Shown piece by piece: positions 24,755 through 39,548 of a stretch of DNA of 64,000 nucleotides. Origin of the DNA: Haliotis rubra (Eukaryota); the NCBI RefSeq assembly GCF_003918875.1, contig NW_025766981.1, positions 496,001 to 560,000 on the forward strand, written 5' to 3'. The notes beneath the pieces are model-generated. The model saw only the letters and a program-made list of their open reading frames with translations. It had not been told where the DNA came from and did no database searches. The position numbers and the translations under genes were made by a program. Within the stretch, counting starts at the first letter, position 1, and every line of letters starts with the position of its first letter.

Positions 24755-27700
24755 AAACGCCCATCGTTGTTTCATGTACACAGTCAAATCATAACTATTG
24801 GCGCTCTCTCCTAGATCAGTTGCTTGGCCGAAGTCCAATGGTCAGAGCTACCATCTCGATGCCAAGTACGAATTGCAATTAATTCGAACCCCCATACACA
24901 ATGAATTAAAATTGGAAACATTGCTACAACATGCATGTTATTTCAAACCAAATTAAGAAGGATCAATAAGTGGTTTTCTTTACAAACCCAATTCGGTAAT
25001 CACAGATTATCAACAACGGAATGTACAGTTTGAAGGAAAGGTCAAACCTTCTTGAATAAGACATAATGAATATAACCCAAAATACCATTTATGAAAACAA
25101 GTTTGAAGAATAAAATTGTTCCTTAAAACTTTCGAAAATAGATTATAAGATCGATTAAAATACATGTATCTCTATTTACAAGGAAATTATATGTTTATCG
25201 ACTCTGCTTACATGTATATTGAACGAGTTAAAACTTGGTAAAAAAATGTAATATGAAGTTTATTTTGTAAGAAACATTGCGATATCTTAGTTTTGTAAAT
25301 AAAGTAAATATTGAGTATTAGGCACATCTAGCCTAAACAGACCAGCATCATTTTACTTCTGGGGGTGGTCTCAAAATAATATTTACCAGGTTCAGTGCAA
25401 AGACTAAACAAAAAATACTGGTTTCTTTTCAATTTGTTAAAACTTAATTGTGTCCAGTATTGTTAAAATCTTATTAAGGTATTATTCATAAAATACTGCT
25501 CTCATCCTCCGACCCTACACCTGCAACACCGCCACCAATCATACCCACGCATGGAAGCTTCCTTACCCAACCGATCTGATCCTTTATCCGATGATGAAGT
25601 GAATATACTTCCGAATATGCACCAGTTGTATGCACAAGTCCCTGTGCAAATATTAACAAAGATTTTATAATCTTCTCGCTTTGGTCTCAAGGTCACGAAC
25701 AAACATAGATCCATGCACTGGGGAGATGCGTTGTTGAGAACACTATTCTGGAGTACCGCACGTTTGACGATAAAAGTAGGAATCCCAATATGGGAAGATG
25801 TAGATGAACCCTAAACGTATGCTGTCATATGCTGTTGTATGCTACGCATGCAGCCAAACGTCCACGTGATCACAATGAGCCCAGTGACCTACTTTACTTC
25901 AAACGTACACTGATACCAAACACGTTCCATGTTCCAACACATTGTTTCGTCGCCAACCGAACTGAAGGCTCCTGGTTTTAGAAAACCCAAGAATGAAACG
26001 GCAGCACGTGGACCATCCGAACCCGGAATCCGTCGGGCCGTTACGTCCCTCCTTATCAAACAATGCGGCAATCGAACACAATGAACAATGACAGTGATCT
26101 AAAATAAACAGCAGAATCGTCACTTATTCCAATTTCTGCCAGCTATAGAAATTAAATCCAGCTATGTTTTTCGCCTTCCTGCACTATTGATCGGCGGGGC
26201 CCTTCGTCCCGGACGTATCGACCTTTCCAACTTTGTCGCAAAACGAAATGACTGTGAATGTGCCAGGCGGTGTCAACACTTTTTTCGCGGGGTCCTGCAA
26301 CCTTCACCTCTGCGACAGAACAGGCGTCTGGCAAGTGCTGACTCCGACGGAATGCAGGAAACTTTTGACTGATGCCGAACTGATGCAGGGGGCGCAAGTG
26401 ATAGGCGTTTGACACTTTGATGAAGCCCAGTACCAAAGTTATGGTGCTGGTAAACCTAGACATTTGATTGGGGCGACCCGGCAGTCGAACACATGATCAT
26501 AGGTTCCGGCGTGTCAAAGGGACACAACTCTGTACAGGGAATTGTGGCTTCTTAACTGGACGCTTGTATAACACCCTTGTATTATTTTTCAAGCGTTTTT
26601 GGCTGAATATTCTTACGCCATGACACGGGCTTAGCGTGCTACAGGCGTTAGGTAATGCCGATCAGAACACGTGTGCTTTAGGCCTTTTTACAAAATTGAG
26701 TTAGGGCGGGGCACATTGGAAACAGGTTTCGGTGAAACGAATCGAGGCTGTGTCCATTACACTATACCTCAAAACAAAATCCACTGAGATGTATACAGTC
26801 AAACCACGTTATGTCGAACTTTCTTTTGTTGTCTCGAAGTAATAGCTGGTCCGCTGTGTATTCGTTCTTTATTTATCATTATTTAACCCCTGATGTGTCG
26901 AACTGGGAGCGGTGGGGTTGCCTAGCGGTTAAAACGTTCGATTCCCCACATGGGTACAATGTGTGAAGCCTATTTCTTGTGTCTCCCGCCTTGGTAGTGC
27001 TGGAATATGCTAAAATATGCGTAAAACAGCACATGAACTCTAACTGATGTGTCGAAGGTATGGTTGTCTCGAAGGTATTTTCCAGTTCCAAACATTTATT
27101 TCCCAGTTTTTGTCCCATAGTTGATGTAAATATAGGTGTTTCTGATATTATCAGTAAATAGGTGGTTAGTGTTTAACGCTGCAGTTGGGTCAGACAAACC
27201 GGTGACTGATAGCATGAGCAACGATACCATTGAGATGTGATTCAATCATCTGGAGAACTTTGTTTCCAGATATTACGACAAGCAGGGTTGGAGACCTATC
27301 CTTACCTATCTGCGCCCTGTCCAGGAATTCACCTACATTATGATACGTGTATACAATGACAATCTAATCCATTGTTCTAGATTGTGACATACAGACATAT
27401 CTAGGACAGATAGCATTACACCACGAGGTACGAACAGTAAACCGTATCTTCTTATAAAGTTCAACTCTCACCGGCGTCCACAACCAGTGAGTGAGTGAGT
27501 TTAATTTTACGCCGCTTTTAGCAATATTCCAGCAATATCACGGCAGGGGAACACCAGAAATGGGCTTTAGACATTGTATCCACGTAGGGAATCGAACCCG
27601 GGTCTTCGGCGTGACGAGCGAACGCTTTGACCACTAGCTATAGGCTACCCCCACCGTGATATTGCTGGAATATTGCTAAAAACGGCGTAAAACTAAACTC

Positions 27701-28556
27701 ACTCACTAATGCTGTTAAAATTGTTTTGGCGCTAGAACATGTATGGACAGTATGGGTGAGTAACCACTTGCGTGTTGTGTCATGTTGCGTTAATGGTTAC
27801 ACAGCTGTCACCATTTGTGAGCATTATGCATTCCAGAACAGCGTAAATAATATGTTTGTATAGATATTCACAATAGTCAAAGAGAGCATCGTTGCATATT
27901 AAATTATAATATACACTATCACAACCTTGTGTAGTTGGAAGGTAAATACGCCTTCTTCACAAAGAAGGAAAAGCATTGTGTTTCTGTTTTATTAGTATTT
28001 ATTTTGTCACGAGGCGTTTTTGCAATAAATAATATAATGTCAAGTTACACAGTCACTCATAAATGGGCGAAAGCATTGTTGGTTTTGTTTTTTTATGTAT
28101 ATAATTTTTTTTTATTAATTCTTATTTTTCGGGGTGGGGTGGGGTGGTGTGGTGTGGTGTGGTGTGGGGTGGGGGTCTTTGGGCAATTAATAATATATAC
28201 CTTCTTATACATTTTGGTCAACCGTACAAGTATTTGTTTCCATTTATCACAGTCACGCAGCCGGGCGCGTTATATCGAGTCACACCACTTGACGCATCGC
28301 GTTTTATAACGGGATCACATGCGATCACGAGGATATGTTTGTTTAGAACACAACACTTAGTGTGACTTGCTACCCGTCATGTGACCGACAATGACTGGCA
28401 GATATATTTCTTTGGTGTAATGGGGCATTGCATTAGGGTCTGATCTCTAACATTGACCGTTCGGGATATTTTATACTTGATTAGATAACACATTTCTACC
28501 ACTGAATAGAAAGGCTTTCACCAGTTCACTGAACGCGTTACTGCGATCAATCTAAG

Positions 28557-31500
28557 ATGGCGTCGGATAGCGAGAAATCACCCCTGCTCTCGAGTCAGCC
28601 CAACGAGATCTCACCTCCAAGGTTGGTAAACAGCATTCTGACAGTCTAACGCCACGGGGCTCTCTCTGCCCGGGCAATCTACATGTTATGTAACTCACAC
28701 TTCCTACCGCCACCAACTGGTAATTGGCCCACGCTCTCCTTAATGAGTTCACATACTTAACGATGTTGCAATGGGGATGGAAAGGTTGATGTTGTGTATG
28801 AAGTAGACATTTAACACTTTTGTTCCACCCACCAGCACTTGTAAGACCAAGGTACCCGTTAAAATCGAAGCGAATCTTTGATTGGAAGAATCGACTGACA
28901 TATGAAAGGGACGTAACTCTCCTCGATACCGAGGAAAATTGAGCCTCTGTGATAATCTTTCACAAAAGACTGACAGACAGTAGGGTATTATAATTATACC
29001 CTTCAAACAAAGCACGGTAACCTGAATAGGAAGTGTAAGCGTTAACAAACTTTTCAAAGACAGATATCTTATGAACACACCACCATTTGCCTTTGTCACC
29101 ATCCCTAACGCATGGAACGCACGTTCACAACACAGTAGCCCCATACACGTGCATGGGGTGTCATTCTTGATTTTGACGGTTTTCAAGAAGGTCGATAAAT
29201 CATTGTAGACCATTAATTTTGACAATCATCTTGCATCACACAGTTGTTAGAGTTTGTTTCTAGTCGGTTTTGTTTTGTTTGAAAATGAAAATCGTGCACA
29301 TGCAAATTTCACGTCATATACCAATCATCCCTCAAGAGCGATTACTGTACAAACAAACTATGGCCATAAGGAAGGGCAAGTGGTTATGCACTCTTAAAAC
29401 ATTCGTTATTATCATATCAACATTGATTGACTCCAACATATATCCCAATGTTTTCAATCGTAAATAAAAATGTAGTTTCCCTACTTTTGTAAGGGTAGAT
29501 ATGTCATCTTCACTTCAGGGAAGGTATCCATAACACTAAAATTTTCAAATGATGGAGGCATATCTGTGGAGCGGTCCTTCATGATGGATCTAAAAATTCA
29601 AATATCTCAGAATTGCAAATATTGACACAATCGTCCAGCTGTTTCTATATAAACAGATGTTCAGGAAGTTTGTTGTTTAACGACGCACTCAGCAACATCC
29701 CAACTATATCGGGAAGTATTTAAAGAGGTCTTACTGCAACATGATACATATTTTAATGCGAATGTTCCTGTAATATAAATCGTTAAATGTATCGAGTGTG
29801 TAAATTGGCTTTTCAAACCGATTTGAACGGTTCTTTTGTACCTTCACGGCGTGAAATGTCTGATATTTAACTCTTTAGTGAAATAGACGACAACGTTTTT
29901 AAAGTGCTGACAGCACGAGGGTCGAAATTATTGCGACTTTTGGGTTCGATTAAACAATCACTGGATCCCGACAACACCAAGATACACCATTCTGGGACAG
30001 TACATGGCCGAGGCCAAAGCGATTGGGCCATGTAAAAAAATCATGATATCTATGTTATATATAATATCAAGTGATGTGCATCTATAACTCATGTTTGTAG
30101 CATACTGGCCAGATAACAGACAAATGACAATGACTTGAAAACGTCTCTCTCCTTTGAAGAATTTGCACCTGTGAAGGTCCAGGTTAGGATTGGTCATCAG
30201 TGACCCACGCTTGTCCTAAAGGTCACCAACGGGTAGGGTGACTTGGTTGACATATGTCATCGTATCCCAATAGTGTAGATCGATGCTCATGATATTGATC
30301 ACTTAATTGTCTGGTCCAGACTCCAGTATTTACAGACCGTCGTCATGTAGCTGGAATATTGCTGAGTGTGGCGTTAAACAAATTACATCTTGGAAGAATT
30401 TGCCATAATAAAATAAGTGACGATTGTGGTTCATTTTTCAGCAGCTGTGGGAAGGTCATTGGACGGCGATCCAGTCTCTTCAACCTGGTCCTTGCAAACG
30501 TTGTGGTCTGCATCCTAACGGTAGCCAGCGCCATCTTTTCCCCTGTCATGTCTCAGTACGTGTACCACAGAATCTCCCTACAGGTGTTCGGCAATGACAC
30601 GAGAGCAAAGAACTTCTCAACTCTTGCCCCATGCTTCCAGAACACATCGGACCAAGGCTACATCCTTCAGGAGAGGGCACAGATTCAGTCCTCAGAGAAG
30701 CTTTCCATGTTTACTGTAGCGTCCAGTGGTATTGCTGTCCTATCTAACGTACTTCTAGGCACCTACTCTGACTTCTTTGGCAGGAAGTTCCTTTATGTTC
30801 TATCTATGACAGGGAATGTGTTACGGACCGTTATTACGGTGGTAATAATACATTGGGACCTAAACCTCGACTACTTCTTCCTTGCGATGGGTCTGTATGG
30901 TCTGTGTGGAGGTTCATGGGCCTTCACACTGGTGTCGTGTGCCTACACGGCTGACAATACACCCCCTCAACAGTCCCGATCTCTCTGGATGGCAGTCATT
31001 GAGTCTGTCACTGGTGTCAGCACTGCTCTGACATCTCTAGCAGTGGGGTACTTCATCGAAGCCACGGGCTACTTCTATCCATCGTTAACCTCAGCTCTGG
31101 TCATCGGCTTAGGAATCTTCGTCGTGGTCCTGTTCATGGAGGAGACTTGTCCAAGGCAACAGCAGTCCTGTATTACCCCCATACAGGGTTTACGGAACAT
31201 TGTAAGCGTGTACGTCTTCCAAGGGACGCGATTAAAGAGAGGTATCATCTGGTTAGGGCTGTTGATATTCCTCTTTTCCATCATCAACAACTCGAGTGGG
31301 TCCAATCTGGACACGCTGTTTGAGATGAACCTGCCGTTCTGCTGGAGCCCGGAAAAGATGGGTCTGTTCGGCACCGTCACCTACTTGGTGAAGAACTTGG
31401 TCGGGGTGTTTATAGTGAAGGGCTTGCAGTGCTGTATGACGGATGAAGTTGTTGCTGTCGTGGCGACGCTGTCAGCTATCGGGGGAGACCTCATGTGGGG

Positions 31501-34500
31501 ATTTGCTAAAAACGACTTCATGCTGTATGCAGGAGGTAAGATTTGTATTCTGATATTAGATGTTCAAACACAGCTGGAGGGGATCGTTTAGAATAATTTA
31601 GAAATTTTCATAAGCTTAACGCTTACCTAACAGACAGTTTGGAGTGTGTAATCCCCAGGGACCAGTTTCGTAGCGATCGTAGCGCTACGACTGTCGTAAG
31701 TGTTAAAGTATGGGAGTTACGATCACTTTAGCTCGTAGATCTTTTAGATCGTAGACCTTAGATCTTTTTGTGAAATGGGGCCCAGGGATAAACAGTCTAC
31801 AGTGATCCACTGAACGGAGAAATAGTCAAAGGTTACACGGATGGACTAAAAACTCATCGCTAATATCCATTATGTTTGTTGATGTTGTTGTTGTTTTTGT
31901 TGTTGATGATGATGATGATGATGTTGTTATGCAACATGTAAGGGAGGGGACCATTATAATTTGGTTTGGTTGGTTTGTTGTGTTACGCTGCACTCAGCAA
32001 TATTCCAGCTGTATAGCGGCGGTCTGTAAATAGGCAAGTCTGGACCAAACAATCCTCTGATCAACAGCATGAACATCGACCTATGAATTTGGATACGATG
32101 ACATGTGTGTCAGGAAAGGATTATGCATTCACTGCCTGACATTTTACCCCGAAGGCGTTGGCCGATGCTTATAATATCACTCACTGCTTTGTCTTTTTTA
32201 GACTCGATAATTTACTGCATACTCTTTGACTGCTATAACTGACTGGAGCATCGCGTGACTTGTTAATTGTTATGCTAAATATGTTATACACTGTCAGATT
32301 ATCTACGCCACATGCATCTAAGGACTAGTGAGTGAGTGAGGTTTTAGTTGTACGCCTCTTTTAGCAATATTCCAGCAATATCACGGCGGGGAACACCAAA
32401 AATGGGCTTCACACATTGTACCCATGTGGGGAATCGACCCCGGGTCTTCGGCGTGACGAGCGAACGCTTTAACCACTAGGCTACCCCACCGCCCCTTTGC
32501 ATTACAACGTTTATGTATTAACATGTATACTCTACAATCACGTTTCGTTTCAGTTCCTGTTGTCGGACTTGTCGGATTTGCCGCTACTCCTATCATCCGG
32601 GGCATCATGTCCAAGATGGCGCCTCAAAGTAAACAGGGTACGCCGATGAAGAATGTACTGATAATGTTATATAATATGACAACATAGATACCTTATCATG
32701 TCAAAGTAAAGAGTCATCACCAGTGTACCTGTATTACTGACTGAAATCCTATCTGATTTGTATCTTGACATGTGTACAGGAAATGTGATTTTGACCTTCT
32801 TCTCTTCATAATACTTGATAAAACTGACTGTCGTGTGTTGATTGTGTAGAAACGTTGTATATTTGGGACATTAGAATTTGTATCCTGTTATTGTGAATTT
32901 CAGTCCCTCAGGGTGCACCATATATTGCAGTGAGTGAATGTTTTTAGTCACGTCGACAGTATTTCAGCCATATCAAGACTAAAAAAGTTATGCATTAATA
33001 AAAAATTTTTAATAATAATGATAATGATAATTGTATAATTAATTTCTATAGCGCCTGTTTTCCAGCGTATCTGCTGCCCAACGGCGCTGTTACAGTCTAG
33101 CAGGCTAGTGAGGGATATGCCTGCCTGAACAATTATGTTTTTAGGTGTTTCCTGAAAGTTTGATAAGTTTCAAAATAAACTCTGTAAAACAAAGAGACTA
33201 TCACAGAAATAGTTACAACTAGCTAGCATATATCTTAAAACGTAGAAAAACATTTTGGACAATTTAACTTTTTTTACAACACGTAGTTTGGATGAAGGAA
33301 GGGAAAGAGGGTTGCGTTTGGGTGTTGTTGCCTCTCCATGCGTGACACTGACTGAGAGTTTGAGAGATTCACTTAGTAGAACTGATTACTCCTGATTACT
33401 GATTATGCAAATACAAGCAGAAACCAGGGGATAATATCAAAAGCCATCTTTGAAGACATGAGTACGACTCTGGAGAAGGATTCCGATCCTCTCACCCTAG
33501 ACTAACGCTTAGTCCCTGAATATATACTCTCCCAAAAAAGAAACGCATATAGGAATTTCAACTGTATTTTTATGTTTATTTTGAAACATCTTGTAGGCTT
33601 TATAAGTCAATGAAATATAGCGAACACCATAGGACTCATAAACAGAGCAAAACCTTTGGTAAAATGAATCACGTTTTAATTCATTGCTATTTTAAATTGC
33701 TAGTATTTTCATGATGCGTTTCTTTTTTGGGAGAGTATATATAATATTGACAGTAACAAATAATCCCATTTAATTTGAAAAGGAGCCCTAGAGAGTTGGG
33801 GGAGATTCTAGACTTGCTTTATTTGGGGCTTTAGCATTGCATGGAGGGCTGGGTGGAAGGGAAAAGATTGTAGTTCAGGGACTGTGAGACAGACTACTGT
33901 CACTCCAAACTACATATTTACAATAAATGTTCAAGGAAAAGACAAACAACATAGCATCACCTTACCTTAAATTAACAGAGCGGAGGTTGTTCAGTTTCCA
34001 AAGTTTGTATCCATTCAAACTGAAAAGTATCTACGACTGAACTGGCCACATGTTTAGAGCCCAAGGCCTTGTGTTGACTGTATGAGTGGCTTGACCCGCT
34101 TGACCTTTGAGCGGGCCTTGCTCCAAGGCTGTAATGAATGCTAAGCCAATGGTTGATCAGTAATTCTATCCTTTAAAGAGGCAAGTCTAGACTAGCGGAC
34201 AGTAGCCTTGGTCCAAGGCGTAAAACTAAACTCAATCACTCACTCACATTACTGAGAAAGAGTAATCCGAAATTAGTTACTTATGACCACTTTCTAAAAG
34301 GCATTCTGTATACATAGCTTTCGGCCTTTGGAGCTGCGCCAAAATTTGTCAGATTGATACAAAGTTCATCTAGAGTCCAGCTGTACTTCCATGTTGTCGC
34401 TGGCTGAGTGGGTTAGATCACTGGCGTTTTGGGACTAGGCGCCTCATGTTGAGTGTGTGGTGTCTAATCTATGGGTGGGAAATCTGTACTTTACTGAGAA

Positions 34501-36369
34501 GGTGTAATCTTAAAACATTACATTTGGAACAGGTATGGTTTATCCCCAACAAGCTCAATGTGAAGTGAGAGAGTGAGCGGGTTGGTTTATCACTATAAGC
34601 AATGTTCCAGCAATATCACAGCGGGGGACAGAAATAGGCTTCACACTTTGCACCCATGTGGGGAAAAGTGAACGCTTTATGCGCTAGGTTGTCCCACCGC
34701 CTCGCCTGCTTGGGGAAGTTTGGCCGATCATACATAGGCAAATAAATCATTCACGATTTTTAGTAAAAACTATACAAGCATGTACTAAGTTCCCCTGAAT
34801 ACACAGTTCATGAAGCAATATGTCTGAGCAATAGTGTGTATGTTTCAGCTTTAACATAAATGTTAATATAGAAAACAGTTATATTGTTTGTAATATGAGG
34901 ACTATAATATTCAAACTTATAGTATTATTAAACTATGACACAAATTTTAATACTGGTTGTATATTTATATTCTGATCATCCGTTGTCCATTACTAGGGGC
35001 ACTGTTTGCAAGTCTGGCTCTCGTGGAGGCTGCGTGCAGTACATTCGGGACTCCGCTCTTCAATAGCATCTACCAAGGGACAGTGACGTACTGGAGGGGT
35101 GCCGTGTTCATTGCCATGGGGGCCATGCATCTGGCAGCCTTGGTGCTGTACCTGTGAGTATAACGTGGTTTATATTAAGATCGGTTTAAAGGTAGCTAAA
35201 ACTAATAGTTTGTCCGTCAATACAGTGTCATGCTTGCTTGGTCAAACAAAGAATTGATACATTGTCGTCTGTATGGTCTCCACTGCCGAAAACACATGGA
35301 GATTTCGGTAAAGTTAGTTGGAATATCGATTCCATGATGTTTTTACGGGGCAGTGGGAGAGCTTATTAATGGGTACAATGTGTGAAACCCATTTCTGTGT
35401 TCCCTGCCGTGAAATCGGCGTAAAACCATAGTTTAGTTCTCACTCATTTGATCACTCGACAGATGCTATTTTAAGGCTCCATTTTTGATGATTGCTGTTT
35501 GTTCCTACTGCATCTTTACACACCTAATAATCACATTGTGACATGTTTGATTATTCTGTGTATAATAATCCCAATCTTGTATGATATATACCCACTGGCT
35601 ACAATAGCAGCGGTTTGAGTCAGAATCGAATTACAGTCAGGCCTCGTTAATACGAACACTTCGGTTTCTGTAAAAAAACGTTCGGATAGTGAAACGTTCG
35701 TACTGCTGAAACATGACTCCAAACATACACTCCCAATGAAATGAAACTGTTTTGCAAAAGAAATTACAAGTTGGCTAATCCGGACTGCTTTATAATCCGG
35801 ACAAATTAAGCGGTCCCAGGCCAGTCCGTAGTAGACAGGTTCCACTGTATGTGCGAAGTCAAAATCAATGATAAGATATAGTGATGTCGCCCTCCAAACA
35901 AAAACAGTGGTAGCGAATGGGTCGAAATTATATGTAGTCATACAATATCAAGATATCTAGCAGACCCAGCTGGAATATTGCTGTGTATGGTAAAAGAGGA
36001 CAACATGACTATTGGCCATGAAAGGATTGTGCTACCGGTTGGACAGGACAGATGGCTATTTTCAATGCCATCACCGAGTTTCAGTGATCCATTTAATTGA
36101 AGTTCTCAGCTCTTCTCTGTTTTCATGTCCTTTACACCACATGGATATCGGTTTCTGAGGATGTTCTATTCAACTGACGTTTTATGTTTCTATGAACAAT
36201 GAGCTACAGCGGATAACTGTACATGTAATTGTTTAGTCAATATGTCCATTTAGTATTTCTGTAGCATTTAATTCATATCGCCCTGTCTTCTTTCAGAATA
36301 TTCATTCCGCTATTCAGGAAGGAACAGAGACTTCAAGAATCTCGACACATACAGACGTCAAAGTCATGA
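28557..36369 (+). CDS. SLC46-family transporter, paralog 4 (490 aa, 5 exons)
   Basis: Predicted exon 1 28557-28621 (MASDSEKSPLLSSQPNEISPP, AG|GTTGGT, phase 2), then 30442-31535, 32554-32637 (84), 34997-35153 (157), 36297-36369 (TGA); 1473 nt in frame. Exon 1 is inferred from phase match and the dileucine motif. Confidence 0.85.
31659..31782. mobile_element. Small PIF/Harbinger-like MITE
   Basis: Imperfect TIRs GGACCAGTTTC / GAAATGGGGCC flanked by CAG on both sides; internal palindromic CGTAGCGCTACG. Confidence 0.5.
33525..33737. mobile_element. Tc1-type MITE nested in another repeat
   Basis: TIRs TACTCTCCCAAAAAAGAAACGCAT / ATGCGTTTCTTTTTTGGGAGAGTA with TA TSD; TIR resembles that of the Tc1 at 18547-20064. 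The uninterrupted host repeat is seen at 48181. Confidence 0.85.
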
Positions 36370-39304
36370 CCTCTTCTTGGAGTAATACAACATCACCACT
36401 TTTTCATCTAATTTAACTATGTGCAATATGTTGATCGGTTGGTTTGTTGTTTAACGCCGCACTCAGCAATATCCCAGCTATATGGCGGCGGTCTGTAGAT
36501 AATCGTGTCTGGACCAGACAATACAGTGACCAACAGCATGAGTATCGTTCTACGCAATTGGGATACGATGACATGTGTCAACCAAGTCAGCGAGCCTGAC
36601 CACCCGATCCCGTTAGTCGTCTTTACGACAAGCATGGGTTACTGAAGATCAATTCAAACCCGAATCTTCACGGATGTGCAATATGTATATTTGACAGTGA
36701 ATTTGTTGCACGTGCAATATTTATTGTAATTCAACTTTTCCTTTGAAGAAATAGGAGCACAATTTTCATCTCCATCACTTGTCCACTGACGTGAAGTACA
36801 GCTCAAGTACTGTACAACGACGTAAAACAAATTTCACTTTTATAGTGAGCTGCTGCATCGAACAAGAATTTTTATACCACTATGTCTTTAGTCAAATATA
36901 CAAAATAATTAATGAGGCATAACATTACAGGGCATATTCTGTGATATTGTAATTGTGTTGACCTTTCGTTCATTCGGTTGTGATTTATAACATTTCCAGC
37001 CAGTATTCTACTATTATTTTGTAGTGTATGCTCATACATTGTACGTCATAAAAGACTTTTACTACATTCTGTCGTTTATTTGTTTGTTAAGAACTAGTTT
37101 CAATAAGTTTTTTTGCCGTATAAGACTGACTGACTGAGTTTGATTTTACGCCGCTTTTAGCAATATTCCAGCAACATCACGGCGGGGGACACCAGATATG
37201 GGCTTCACACATTGTACCCATGTGGGAATTGAACCCAGGTCTTCGGCGTGACGAGCCAAAAACCACACTACCCCACCGCCCCTTGCTCTGTATAAGAGGT
37301 GTAACTGGAAACAGATGGTAGAATAAAATTACTGTACACAGAACTTGGTGACACTGAAAGAAAACACAAGCCACGTCTACTCTAATAACCAATCACTTGA
37401 AACGTACCTTTCAGTTATGCCTCGTGGTAAACTTAGAGAAGTTGTTTTTCTGTGTTAATCACCTAATCAGGATTCATTTGCATTCATTCATTCATTCATT
37501 CATGCATTCATTCATTCATTCATTTATTTGAAGTTAGATATCATTTCCTGGTGGAAAAATAATCTTCGAGCGTCTGTGGACTGTACAGACTGGTGGATAT
37601 GTGAGTCTAGTAATTTAATACAGATGTTCTCAAGGAAATATTTTTATACACACTCATGACCACATGGACAAAATGAAATAGGTTTTGTACATGGAATATG
37701 TAAATGACAAATATGTTCCCTTTGCTTCCCATGAAAAGTAACAAATGTTAAAGTACCTAACCGTACTCGCTGCATGACTGAAATATTTGTGAGATAAAGA
37801 ATAGATAGCCCCTACATGTGGTGTGAAGGTTACGATTACATGTACCTGATTCCTGCACGGCTTGGGTGCATGGCCATGAATACCTCGACAACCTGTGGCC
37901 GTTACAAGTACACTGAAGGTTACACAAAACTAAAATGTTTTCCCATAGACTTCCATAACAACGTTATATTGTCTTAAAATAACCTGGTCGTTGACAGCCA
38001 TTAAATGTATATATATGCTCAGTATGGCCTTATAGCCGCAATGAGGTTTGGTTAACCAATTCCTTTTCCGAGCTGAAAACACCAACCCCAGTTCCACACC
38101 AAATGTCACCCACTTGAAAATATCTGTGCACACATTCAACATTGTGCTTAAAAAGACAGCACTATATATTGGAAAATATGGTCAGTTTTCATTCCTGGAT
38201 GGATGTACATTTAACAGAAGAAAATATTTTTTAAACAAAAATCTCACACAAAAATATCCAATCGCAGCTGTCAGATGATTCTGCCTGCTTCTTAAACTAC
38301 GGAAAAGCGCCTCTGAAACTACGGAATCTGATTTGGTGTTGTATAACCCGAATGGTCCGGTTTGGAATTGGTCTTCCGCAACATACACTTGTCGTAAGAG
38401 GCGATGATATGTCTCAACGGGATCGACTTAGTTGACACATATCATCGCATCCCAGTTGCGCAAGTCGATACTCATGTTGTTGATCAATGGGTTGTCTGGT
38501 TCTTAATCGATTATTTACCGGCCGCCGCCATATATAGCTGGTATATTGCTGGTATATTGCTGAGAGCGGCGTTAAACAACAAACAAACAAACAATCTTTA
38601 TATACCTTGTCTTGATGAACATCATTTCATTAACTTATGACATGCACAGGGGCGGTGTGGTAACCTTGTGGTGAAAGCGTTCGCTCGTCACGCTGAAGAC
38701 CCAGGTTCGATTCCCCATATGGGTACAGTGTGTGAAGCCTATTTCTGGTGTGCCCCGCCGTGATATTGCTGGAATGTTGCTAAAGGTGACTCACTATGAC
38801 ATGCACATATTCCTGAAGTTTCCTATACAGAATGTGGCGTCGAATGTCACGATAATCGTTGGCAGTTACATCTCCACATACTGGTCGATGGATAATCTTG
38901 TTTTTTAACAAATCCTGATAAACTTATTTAATGCAACATATGGAGAGAAAAAACTACATTTCTTAGGCTTTGAGAACAATAAGGTAACTTTAGAATCCCC
39001 TGTAAATTCTGTCAAGTTATTCTTCTTTTACCATTCTTGAAATTGCGCTTGTCACAATGAGTTCAAGGCCTTGAGAAGATATTTCCAAACAATGCATTGA
39101 AGGTCGGGTTGTATATACATCACATGAGATCGGTGCACTTTACCGCATGTCACTTGTTGTCATACATTTTCACCTCAATATCTTGAATACAGAGCAGATA
39201 AACTTTGCATGGGACATGAATGTATGCTATTTATGTCATGGACATCACGTTGGCCTTATTACGTAACATTCGTGATAACATCTCACGAGTTTACGGTTTT
39301 TACC

Positions 39305-39548
39305 ACTCGTGAAGATCCGGGTTAGAATTGATCTTCAGTAACCCGTTCTTGTCGTAAGAGGCGACTAACGGGATCGGGTGGTCAGGCTCGCTGACTTGGT
39401 TGACACATGTCATCGGTTACCAATTGCGCAGATCGATGCTCATGCTGTTGATCACTGGATTGTCTGGTCCAGACTCGATTATTTACAGACCGCCGCCATA
39501 TAGCTGGAATATTGCTGAGTGTGGCGTAAAACTAAACTCACTCACACA
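39305..39548 (+). mobile_element. SINE family B, near full-length copy
   Basis: CGTGAAGATCCGGGTTAGAATTGATCTTCAGTAACCC...GGCGTAAAACTAAACTCACTCAC. Confidence 0.85.

Noticed and set aside
24365-24838. ORFs containing X runs
   Set aside because: Artefacts of the N gap.
30359-30441. ORF-track start of paralog 4
   Set aside because: TTG in a SINE B tail; the region is intronic, upstream of the acceptor at 30441.
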